In this document: positions 39,546-51,198 of the stretch, piece after piece | Numbering within the stretch: position 1 is the first letter of the stretch | Layout: the number at the start of each line of letters is the position of its first letter | NCBI GenBank assembly: GCA_964016885.1 | Contig: OZ024746.1 | Coordinates: forward strand, 4,960,001-5,024,000 | From: Eledone cirrhosa | Taxonomy: Eukaryota | Reading direction: 5' to 3' | DNA length: 64,000 nt | Notes under the pieces: model-generated | Databases searched by the model: none | The model's input: the letters and a program-made list of their open reading frames with translations, nothing else | Told to the model about the DNA's origin: nothing | Program-made: the position numbers and the translations under genes

Positions 39546-40748
39546 GCACAGATCGACGAGAGAACCCTTTTAACAAACTCTAACATGTATGTAAACCTGG
39601 CGAGATATTTCCATTTCCTTGTTTCGATCTCTTATCGTTTTAAACACGGAAGAATATGATAGTATTGAGTATGTCTAACTGTTCAAACGATTATATAGAG
39701 TCTATACTTCGCTAGCTTGTCCTTTCCTCTATTTTTACACTTTCAAACAATGATTCCCCCATTAAATATTACTACTTCAACAGCAAACACTATGGGACTT
39801 TAAATTCTCAAATATACATAACCACTCAACGACTTAAGTTGACCCCACTGTTACGGTCATTGTATAGAAAACACAATGGCACTAAAACTTTACACAAATA
39901 CATTCGGATGTCATTTTTCCTAGTTCAATATTTTATGATACATACATATATACATATATATATATATAAAAGATATCCGTAGATAAAATCTTATATTTGT
40001 CCGCGTGCCCGAGGAGGGGTCAGTTTGGAAGAGCCTACTCCAATATATAGTGGTGGCCATAACTGGACCTCGAAACCAATGATCGCACATACATGTAAAG
40101 TGTATAAAACATTATACTATATATATGTAACATATGGGTACAGATTATACATATATGTAAAGGAACGACAAGTATACGGCAAACATTTACTGGATGAAGG
40201 GTGAAAGAAAAATCTATTATATATACAAATATATAGATATATACATATATATATATGCTTCAGTGTCGAGCAGAGCAATAGTTATTAATTGGTGTGACGA
40301 TTTAGAAAGCAGCATATACCGGTAGTTGGTGTCATTATTATTAAATTTGTCAAATAGTTTCGAGAGAGAGAAAGAGTTAGAAAACGATGTTCTCGACATT
40401 ACGAGAACAAAGATGGCAAATACAGTGAGACATCTTTACATCATTCTCCCGGCATCTGTATACTATCATTTATATCATACAACTTGAATAATATACTTTA
40501 ACTTAAACTGAAGATCCAGAAACTTTTTCAAAGCGCTATGAAGGTTTCTTTTACTATTATTAATATATATATATATATCGATATAGATAAGCTAGCTTTT
40601 TCTAGGAAATAATATATAAAAAATAACAATAAAACGTCCCCTCTGCTTCATAACATGACCATCGGAGAAAATTTAAGCCACAATTATTTATATATAAATA
40701 ATTTATATGATGCCTTAATTTTTTTCTACCGATTATATACACACACAC

Positions 40749-40839
<91 letters not shown>

Positions 40840-40964
40840 ATATATATAGTTACTTAAGTGGGCTCTACTAGTATTAATAATTATATGAAAGCTCTTTTAA
40901 AATGACCTCATTGTGGCTTCGATGAATAAATAGTAATAATTTAGTTGCCATTTGTTTTGCTTAC

Positions 40965-40994
40965 CTTGATAATTCTTCTTGGTAGACCAGCCAT
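40965..40994 (-). CDS. UBE2N: UBE2N exon 1 (MAGLPRRIIK)
   Basis: ATG at 40994, AAG|gtaagc donor; matches the canonical Ubc13 N-terminus. Confidence 0.94.
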
Positions 40995-41090
40995 TGATCA
41001 GAAATAATGTAAAAAAAGGGGGATAAAAGGCCTCGTCTTTCTTAATATCAGTTTATCTGACTCTCTCTCTCCAAGCACCTTACTACTTTT

Positions 41091-41100
41091 AAGATGGCGG
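41091..41100. promoter_or_regulatory. YY1-type motif AAGATGGCGG near the UBE2N transcription start
   Basis: Exact core match about 100 bp upstream of the ATG; this motif is typical of housekeeping TSS regions. Confidence 0.55.
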
Positions 41101-42363
41101 TACAGCCAACATACAGAGCTAGCAGCTCTCGAAACCAAATTATGTTTTTATATACACTAATTTCAATCTATTCCCAATCCGCTTAGTTGCGTATTTCTTT
41201 TCTTAGTTTTATTTGTTTTTAACTGTTATCCCTATCTTCATAGTTACGCACATACACACAAGTATCCGTTCCGTTCTTTTCCGATCCGAAACCAAAAAAT
41301 ATGTCCAGTTAGATTAGTTAGAACATTGATGGCTAGAGAAGGTGAATAAGGGAAGGGAACTGCCGACAGATACATATACATATATGAGTTAACTAGGGAG
41401 GGAACTTCTTATGGTGTTGATCGACCTGCTAGAAATACCAGCCAAGTTTCCCTCAAATCATACTTTGCTATCTTTAAAAAAAGGGCACATTTGGTAAAGT
41501 AGTCCTACATTGTCTGAGAATAAAATGGGATAGTCATGGCTAGTTTGCTCCGTAAGAGGCGACTTGAGGCTAAACAATGTATACACATATACCTTTTCAG
41601 GAAACGAGGGAGAATCTATGCGGTCGTTTGCCCTGCTAACAAACAGCAGGAAGGGCACTAAATATTAAATAGTCACTAGTATTCCCTTTGATCATGTCTG
41701 CTGGATCAGGGCTAACCAAGAACATATCTTTTATCTCTTATGTATTGAAAATTAATTAAAAACATGTAATCGAAAAATAATTAATAGAACCGTTTATTTT
41801 TTAGTATATCGAAGGTATCTGAATTTATTTTAAAAATATGCTTTTATTTAAGAGTTAGTAAAAGAGAGTAAAGATTTAGAATATAAAATACTATTATATA
41901 TATATAAACACACACACAATGTATATTTATAAAACATTTTCATATGTGTATATATAGAGACAAAAATCTATCTCTCGGGTCATTATCTAATACGTCCTTC
42001 CTTTTTAAAGTGATAAAGTGTGATTTGAGAGAGATATCAAAAAGATTAAGAGACTTAAATACTTTTGTTTTCGTGTTTTATATTTATTTTGAACTGGGTA
42101 ATGATTAAAGAGTGCTACAGTAAAACTAGCTAAACTCTAAGGTGAGCCGTGACAGCAGACCGGTTTCAATTTGCGTTGATGCACTCGACAGCATGAATAC
42201 CACAACATCCCAGTCGCCCTTCTCGACATGTATATACATATATATTCTGTGATGTCACGAGCTGAACCGTAGAAGCTCATAGTCGAATAGTTTCTTCCTA
42301 AATATATATATAAATGTATGTATATATATATATATAAATGTATGTATATATATATATATATAA

Positions 42364-42411
<48 letters not shown>

Positions 42412-42550
42412 GTAAGTATGCATGAATATATTATATATATATAGGGTGAGTCATAAGTAACCGGACAGTCAATACATTTTTATTACAGGGTTTCAAATAA
42501 CTTTTTAAACATCCGTTTATTACTGCGTGATCTGGCATAGTTATACATAT

Positions 42551-42655
42551 ATAAATATATTATATATATATATATTATATATAATATATATATATTATAT
42601 AATATATAATATTATATATATATTATATATATATATTATATATATATATATAATA

Positions 42656-42693
<38 letters not shown>

Positions 42694-42820
42694 TATATAT
42701 ATAATATATATATAATATATATATATATATAATATATATATAATATATATATATATATAATATATATATAATATATATATATATATAATATATATATAAT
42801 ATATATATATATAATATATA
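42551..42820. repeat. AT-only (TA)n/(TAA) low-complexity tract
   Basis: Direct inspection. Confidence 0.95.
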
Positions 42821-42970
42821 GGCTGTTGGTGGGTGGTGCCTTATTCGTTTTGAAACCGAACTTCTCATCATTGGTAGATGCTACATCAGATATAGATAGA
42901 TACAACCGTCCGAAGCTCGGTGAAATTTTACTTTCCAATAATTATGTATTACTACTTTCTGTAATGTTCG

Positions 42971-43007
<37 letters not shown>

Positions 43008-45867
43008 GGTGTGAGGTATCATTGACAATATCTCATTGGATTCATTGTGTATTACAATTAGAATGTTAGGATTTCCTCCTTGCCGGTGTATGAACGAAGC
43101 ATGCGAAATGAATCCGGTGATATTTTCATGTTTCTTCAAAACATATCTGTTGTCAATGATAACCATATATGTGTTTGTGTTCTTCTCCTCTAAAAATCGT
43201 TGTATGAGATTCAGGGAAGATTTGCCTGCTATTTCTAGAAGCCGAATGACTACATAGACTCGTTAGCTCGTGTTAATCACACAACACCTGCCATATAATA
43301 CTGACTGAATTACCGACAAGCTAGTTACCGCTGTGTTTGTTAAATTGCACGTGGTTGTTTAAAATATTCGCATCTACAGGCGGTTCTCACTTGTCGTTTT
43401 ATTATATACACATACACACGTGTGTGTATGTGTATATATTTATATGAATAGGTATAAATACACACACATATACATGTGTGTATATATATATAATAGGATG
43501 GATGGAATTTTATATTTTTGATAATGAAAATGAAATTATTGTGTACAGTGCTCAGGTGCTCTACAACTCATCAAAGGTGCATGTATAGTACATAGAATAA
43601 TTGTTTCTACTTTTGGCACAAGGCCAGCAATTCAACCAGTGTATTACTGGTACTTTAGTTTATCGACATCGTAAGGATGGAAGGCAAAGTTAATCTCGGA
43701 TTCAATGTTTATTTATGCTACTCTTTTACGTTTGTTTTTATTTCTATTGTATCATATCCTATTCTTCTAAAACTTTAGGTAAAAATGTGTTGTACCTCAC
43801 TTTTAATGTGACAAACAAAAGTAGCCATGTACTCTCAGGTCCCAAATAACAGTGTGGAGGAGGGATGGAAAATCGGTAATTTTTCTAGGTTGTCTCCCTT
43901 GATTATTTAAAAAACCAGAATTAGTCGTTTAGTTTACATATTGAGATTCCAACGCTTCTTCTTCGCCCACTTATTCTTGAGAGGGTCGTGGTGGGCAGAG
44001 TCTTCAAACATTCCTTCCAGTGGGTCCTGTCAGAAGCTACCATCTTCAACAGATCCGGCTGGATCCCCAAACAAGACCAGTCCAGTTCATAGATGTTATC
44101 CAACCATCATGCTCGAGGTCAATTGAGAGATCACAGCTCCGACACTATCTCTCAGGAAAAAATCACTGGACAGATTTTACGGGCAAAACCAACCGGTAGG
44201 TGACCCAGGGACCGACCCCGAGCAAGCTGGTTAAACAACATCCATGAGCTTGACTGGTCTCACTTGGGGATCCAGCTGGATCAGTTGGAGACGGTTGCTT
44301 CTGACAGGACCCGCTAGAAGGAGTGTTTGAGGACTCTGCCTCCCACGACCCTCTCAGGAATAAGTGGGAGAAGAAATAAAATTTACTTCTCACCCTTAGA
44401 CTGAATAGGAACTCAGGCTAGACAGAGGTCAGTGAGGTATCAAACTAGATACTTTAAAACATACTCTAGGGTTTTTAATAATCGTCCCCCTTCCCCCTGC
44501 TTATTAAATTTTGCTAATCTATCTCCGGCGAAATTCTATTTTAAATGGTAACATTCCTGCGACAATTAATTTTCTTTATACATTAAAAAATATACATGAC
44601 AAAAAAAGTACATTACTAGAAATACCATACATTATAAAATAAATAGGATAAGTTGGGCTTCAATATGTAAACTAAACGGCTAATTTTGGTTTTTATAAAA
44701 ATCAAGGGGACAACCTAGTAAAATTACCGACTTCACACCCACTCACCCGCTTATTCCAACTCCCTATCGTTTGGGACCCGAGATTAGTCAATGCTGTGGA
44801 GGATAAAAGTCAAAGCTGATCCCAGGGTAAATACGGTTCATTAGAAACTTTAAAACATACATTTCGTAATTTTATTGTCAACCCAACCAGCTCAACTTTG
44901 ATATTCTGGGAAATTCCAGATGAGATAAAGATGATCCAATGACAAATGCAATGTGATAAAAAAAAAGCTGAGATGTCACTTGATGGTATCAAATGACAAC
45001 ACACAGACCTGCAATAGCAATCTCTCAAACATTTGAAAATATGTATTTGTAGAGAATGGAAGATGAGTTGAAGTATCAAATATTGATTCTGACTTCATTA
45101 CTGTCATCGTAAACTTTTTTATTGTTTCTTCAGATTAGTTTACACTATTAGGGAATTGATCCGCCCAACTATGAATTAAAAATATTTCCAGTCTCTATGA
45201 TTTATCAGCATATAATTTTTATTCACAGTTGTATAAATAACATTACAAATACGTAAATAACATTATAAATTTCTCGCAATTCTTTCAGAACATTACAAGT
45301 ATAATGGTTTCTAATTTAGGCCAACAATTTTTGGGGAAAGCGAAAATCGATTAAATTGACCCAGTACCTCACTGGTACTTTATTTTATCGACCTCATAAG
45401 GATGAAAGGCAAAGCTAACCTCGGCGGGGTTGAACGCAGGTAATGTTGATAAACACAAATATAACGCATAAAAGAGAGAGAGAAAATAAAAAAAAATAAA
45501 AAAGGGGGAAGCAAAAACAAAAACTACCATTAAGTGGGACATTCGACTACACATCACAAGGGTCAGTGGAATACTTTGAAGCAAGCCAACACATTCGTAA
45601 CATTACCATGGGTGATGGCGAGGCTAAGGTGCTGAAACAACCAAGCACCATCACAGGCATCACCTGACACCTCAGTAAGGCGAGCCGCCAGCGTTGTTGT
45701 TTTTTACATTCTGTTTCCTCCCACTTTACTACGTCTTTCCATCTGTTCTGTCTCCTTATCACTATTTCACTGTTTATCTGTGTCGTCTCGTTTATCTTCA
45801 CCTGACAGTTTCTTAGACACGTCATCCCCCCCCCCCGCTCTCTTTCTCGCTCTCAATCTCTTTCTTC

Positions 45868-45900
<33 letters not shown>

Positions 45901-45949
45901 GTCTATCATCCTGGTTCTAACTTTGCTAGTTTTTGTTAATTATTTCTTG

Positions 45950-46305
45950 TGGTTTGGCAGTATCTGTAGAAGGTCAGACAACACGCTTTGCAGCACAGAG
46001 TTACGCCCCTCTCTGATCTAAGTTCAAATCCTGCCAAGGTTAACTTGGCCTTTCATCCTTACAGGGTCGATAAAATAAAGTACCAGTAATGCACTGGGAT
46101 AATTGCTGGCCTTGTGCCAAAAGTAGAAACAATTATTTCTGGACGCCATGCTTTGTTTGATGCATAGAATTACAGCCCTTGCCATTCTGAGTTCAAATCC
46201 CGCCAAGGTTAACTTTGCCTTTCATCCTTATGAGGTCGATAAAATAAAGTACCAGTAATGCACTGGTGAATTGCTGGCCTTGTGTCAAAAGTAGAAACAA
46301 TTATT
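45950..46305 (+). mobile_element. Tandem dimer of SINE family A
   Basis: Two consecutive units, each with GTTCAAATCC and GCCTTTCATCCTTA...GTCGATAAAATAAAGTACCAG...GTAGAAACAATTATTTCTGGAC. Confidence 0.8.
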
Positions 46306-46349
46306 TCTGGACATATTAAATGTCTTCTAAATTCCCATTATATAGTATG

Positions 46350-46740
46350 ATAATAATGATAATAATGAAAATATTGTGTACAGTGCTCAGGTGCACTACA
46401 ACTCATCAAAAGTGTATGTATAGTACATAGGGTAATGTACAAACGTCAGGAAAATGAACAGTGCATGAGTCATGATATACACATGTGGGCATGTGTATGG
46501 AAGGGGGACATCAGGTGTAGTTTGGGCGAATTTCGGGAAGCATGAGGGTTTTAAAGGATGCAGTGTCTCGGCAGCTAACAACTGACGCTCACAGTTTGTT
46601 CCATGCTTCAGCAACTCTAAGCGTGAAAAAATGTTTCCGAATGTCATGGGAGCTGTGCTGTTTTCTGACTTTGTAGGCATGTCCACGTGTGTTAGACACA
46701 TAGAGATCAAAAAGGTACTCAAGGTTGTCTTTAAATATGA
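46350..46740 (-). mobile_element. CR1/L2-type LINE 3' end
   Basis: NTRGHAYKVRKQHSSHDIRKHFFTLRVAEAWNKL matches the CR1-group ORF2 C-terminal motif; (ATT)n tail. Confidence 0.8.
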
Positions 46741-46789
46741 TTGTGTGTTTTATTTGTATAGTGGCAGATTGGCAACCTTTGAGCAAGGT

Positions 46790-46990
46790 CAAAAGTGTTC
46801 TCTTCTTTACAAATAACAATTCACTTATCTTCTTGTCATTCTCATCAAATCAATCCTGGTGCTTGTGCTTTGCAACCCCAACCACATCAGCACAGATATT
46901 ATACACTGACTCCTTAAAGTATTTCCAGTTGTTTTCACAATCCATCTTATTCAGATGCTGGACAAGTTGAGCTTGATCTTTAGGTCTCTC
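46790..46990 (-). mobile_element. RTE/BovB-type ORF2 internal fragment
   Basis: Translates as NWKYFKESVYNICADVVGVAKHKHQD*FDENDKKISELL. Confidence 0.6.
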
Positions 46991-47084
46991 AGGTAGATAA
47001 TATCCAGATTCTTCAGAATCTAATCCTTGGCTTTATTACAAACTTATATATGTATATATTACTTTAAACATATACAACATATAT

Positions 47085-48625
47085 CATCATCATCATCATC
47101 ATTTTATGTCCGCTTTTCCCTGCTTGCAAGGGTGGGACGGGTCTTATTTAGCACAGCATCTCTCCACTTGTCACGGTCCTTTGTCATCTCCACCGTGAGC
47201 TTCAGCGATCTGAGGTCTGTTCTCACCACCTCCGCCCATGTTTTTCGTGGTCTACCTCTACCATGTCTTCCTTCAACTGGCGTTTCCAGGCACTTCTTCA
47301 CCCATCGGTCATCCTCCATGCGCATCGCATGTCCATACCACCTCCACCTCAGTCTCCTCTCTCGCACACTACATTCTATCCCTCTCAGACACAGTTTCTC
47401 TCTCAACACATTCATGCGGGTTCATTCACGCACGTTTACACTGCACATCCAACGGAACATTTCTCTCCATCCGTAGCATATCCTCTGCAGTTGCTGCCAT
47501 GTCTCACTACCATGCAGCATCGTGCTCCTCACACAGGTATCATACAACTGGCCTTTCGTACGCAGGGAGAAACCCTTCTTCGTCAGCAGAAGAAGCAGCT
47601 CCCTAAACTTCTTCCAACCCGTCCTTATTCTAGATACTATGGCCTCGGAACACCCTCCTCCCATGCTAATCTGATCTCCTAGGTACCGGAAGCTATCCAC
47701 CACTTCTATAGCACCCTCCTGCATTTGAAAAATGTGTCTATCAATGTGACTTCTACTGTCTAATTTCCCTGTACATCTACTGCATACATATTTCTCTCTA
47801 CCTGTTAGTTTGCCTGCTATCCCGCTACATCTCTTGTGTATCCAGGATCTGCATTGTGTGCATTTTATAGAATTTATGCCAGTTCCTTTTCTGCATATCG
47901 AACATAGCCATTTCCCTGATGGAATCAGAGTGTTGTCCTCTTTTCTACTCATCAACACTTTTGTCTTAGCTAGTTTCACTCTCAGTCCTCTTGCTTCCAA
48001 CTGCTGTTTCCATAGCCAGAATTTATTCTCTAGCTCCTCTACTGATTCTGCTATAAGAACCAGATCGTCAGCATAGAGAAGTTCCCATGGACAGCCAGTC
48101 TTAAACTCCTCTGTTATGGCTTGGAGGACTATAATGAACAAGAGCGGGCTGAGGGCCGAACCTTGATGTACTCCTACTTGTATCTGGAATTCCTCACTAA
48201 ACTCCATTCCTACCCTGACTTTACTGAGAGTACCTCTGTACAAAGTTTGCTCTGTCCTCACAAGCCATTCCTCAACACCTAGTTTCCTTAGGGACCACCA
48301 GATGACAGATCGGGGAACCCTATCAAAGGCCTTCGCTAGGTCAAAATAGGCTAGGTATAGTAGCTTATTTTTCTCTAAGAACCTCTCTTGCAATTGTCTC
48401 ACCAAGAAGAGGGCATCTGTTGTACTCTTCCCAGGCACAAAACCCAACTGCATCTCATCTAGTTTGACCCTCTCTCTAATTAATTGTGCTAATATCCTTT
48501 CTGCCACTTTCATAACCTGATCCATCAGTTTTATACTCCTATAATTGCTCCTCTCCAGGGCATCCCCTTTACCTTTGTAGCAATTTATGAGAATACTGCT
48601 GCACTAGTCTTTGGGTATGACACCA
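47085..48625 (-). mobile_element. 5'-truncated RTE-clade LINE: RT domain (YADD) through 3' tail, frameshifted
   Basis: ORF 47422-48525 has FDLAKAFDRVP, VHQGSALSPLLF, LLYADD and FRYLG; 3' part has RRLRW...GRPRKTW; (GAT)n tail at about 47085-47102. Confidence 0.92.
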
Positions 48626-48626
48626 C

Positions 48627-48860
48627 CATGATGATGACTGATGGGTGAAGAAATGCCAGGAAATGCCAGTTGAAGGAAGACGTGGTAGAGGTAGATCACA
48701 AAAAACATGGGCAGAGGTGGTGAGAACAGACCTCAGATTGTTGAAGCTCACGGTGGAGATGACGAAGGACCGTGACAAGTGGAAAGATGCTGTGTTGAAT
48801 AAGACCTGTCCCACCCTTGCGAGCAGGGAAGAGCGGACGTAAAATGATGATGATGATGAT
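48627..48860 (+). mobile_element. RTE LINE 3' end fragment, head-to-head with the previous element
   Basis: Reverse-complement homology to 47090-47310; (GAT)n tail. Confidence 0.85.
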
Positions 48861-48976
48861 ATATATATATAGAGAGAGAGGGTGGGGAGATAAATAGATA
48901 GATAGACACACACACACACACATATACATGTATATATATAGAGAAAGAGATGATTGGGAGATAAATAGATAGATAG

Positions 48977-49028
<52 letters not shown>

Positions 49029-49048
49029 GGTGGGGAGATAAATAGATA

Positions 49049-49929
49049 TATTTCTTTATTAGCCACAGGGGCACAAAAGAAGGGGACAAATACAAAGGGG
49101 GAAGTTTACATACAATAAAAACGTGTAAAATGTTATCACAGATGGAATTTAAAAAGTTAGTCGATTTTCCCCAATAGAGGGAGACAGTTTATATGGGTAA
49201 CACATACCCCCGAAAAAAAATGTGCAACCCTCATCTCCAGGAGTACGAAGAGTTTGTACTCCCTTCCTCTCCTCCTCCTTTTCCTCAACCTACAGGCTGA
49301 TATAGAGAGAAGGCCCATTCACTCGGGCCATTCTCGCCACTTTCACCCACCTTTCATAAAACTTGCTGGGGTACAGCACCTCTCTCTCCATCCTGATTCT
49401 TCTTCCAAAGTGGTATTTGAAAAAAAGAATCAGTTGTTGGCCGGAGAGAAAGGTGTCTGACCTCAGCCCTTTCAACCTTGTCCACCATACAACCTCTTTC
49501 GCCATAGCTATCACACAAAGGAAAACCGCCTCTCCTTCGTTTTTGAAGGAGGGTGGCGGTTTGATCATGACAATGGACTCGGTGGTCAACTGGACTGGTC
49601 CCACCCGCGACAATAGTCGTTCTACATAGCCCCACAGGTCAGTGACGCCCGGGCAGTGTATGAATGCGTGCACGACGGTTTCTTCGTCTCACACGCACCT
49701 CGGACAGATCTTTTTTGCAGGGTCCCTGCCCGGGCGCCCATGTCTGTAGAGCTTGTCTCGAACTGGTAGAGCTCCTCGGTAGCACTGCCAGGCCAGGGAC
49801 TTTTGGAAGTTGTCCATCGGTCCCGGGCGGAAGGTCCTACCGAACAGACTGGCCAGTTCATCTTCCTCTACGCCTAGAGTTTCACCGAGCGCGTCGTCGC
49901 ACTTGCTGCGGACTAACCCTCTATAGAAT
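49049..49929 (-). mobile_element. 5'-truncated L1/Tx1-clade LINE (ORF2 C-terminal CCHC zinc knuckle)
   Basis: FQKSLAWQCYRGALPVRDKL...CPRCV*DEETVVHAFIHCP; 3' AATAAA; flanked by GAGATAAATAGATA at 49035-49048 and 49930-49943. Confidence 0.8.
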
Positions 49930-50551
49930 GAGATAAATAGATAGATAGATAGACCGATAGCTAGATGCTCTATTTATTGCTGGAAGATAAACAGATACAT
50001 AGAGAGGTAACAGTAGATAGCTTCTACTGTAGACAGGTTCATTCATTAACAGGTAAGTTTGTTCAATGGGCATATTACCATATGGTTGTTCAACTTGTTG
50101 AAAATAGCAGCAAAAGCTGTCACAAAACACAACCTAACATTTTATCTAATGGCTGCAGTAAATAGTATAGTTCCTCACACAATGTGATTATCATCACTGG
50201 CATGCCTTTCATCATAGTTTTGTCTGATTACAACTGATTTAAGATTACACAACAACAACGAAGTGTACTTTGAGCCAGTGAGAGAAGGCCTATTCACAGC
50301 TGCTTCATTTGCTAGAAATAGCAGTCAAATTTCATTTAAATATCACACATTACTACTATAAATTAAGAAGAAAAAAAACATATTGTAAAATGTAGACCAA
50401 TATAATTGGTTCTACTTTTGGCACAAGGCCAGCAATTATCTCAGTGCATTACTGGTACTTTACTTTATCAACTCTGTAACCTTGGCAGGATTTGAACTCA
50501 GAACGTAGACCTATATAATATAATCAACAAGATGAGATCCCCCTCCTCTCA

Positions 50552-50586
<35 letters not shown>

Positions 50587-50590
50587 CATA

Positions 50591-51030
50591 TATATCAACT
50601 AGAAATTGATTGCCATATATATATATTTAAAATAAACACATGAAACAATCACAGGGGATAATTTGTAAAGTGTATAACCACACGCAGCTAGGTAGGTAAC
50701 TAATTAAATTTTAACTAGAACTTCAAATATTACCTTTTAAAAATGATTAATCTTCCTTGTATATATTTCATTAAAGAAATATATTTCACCATTAATCCGT
50801 AAAGTCACAGTAGTCAAATCCCGGATTAATGGTGAAATATATTTCTTTAATGAAATATATACAAGGAAGATTAATCATTTTTAAAAGGTAATATTTGAAG
50901 TTCTAGTTAAAATTTAATTAGTTACCTACCTAGCTGTGTGTGGTTATACACTTTACAAATTATCCCCTGTGATTGTTTCATGTGTTTATTTTAAATATAT
51001 ATATATGGCAATCAATTTCTAGTTGATATA
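50591..51030. repeat. Long inverted repeat: 209-bp arms, 22-nt loop
   Basis: 50591-50799 is the reverse complement of 50822-51030 with one mismatch seen. Confidence 0.95.
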
Positions 51031-51198
51031 AAATGCTCGGATCTATTCATTGGAATCTTTGAGCTTATTCTACGATGGATATAGTGCATGTCTCAGACAT
51101 GACTCCCTTAATTTAATTTAATTTTGGACATATATATATTTATATATATATATATATGTATAATATATTAAATTTAATGAATAATAATGAATAATATT

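Larger units (their letters stand above)
9540..40994 (-). other. UBE2N: UBE2N/Ubc13 gene model, 5 coding exons (30+102+145+141+41 = 459 bp, 152 aa)
   Basis: All introns are GT-AG with consistent phases; HPN at 77-79 and catalytic Cys87; introns of 24061, 4889, 1512 and 534 bp. Confidence 0.96.

Noticed and set aside
44810-45080. Coding-looking segment upstream of UBE2N
   Set aside because: No recognisable domain or splice context in any frame.
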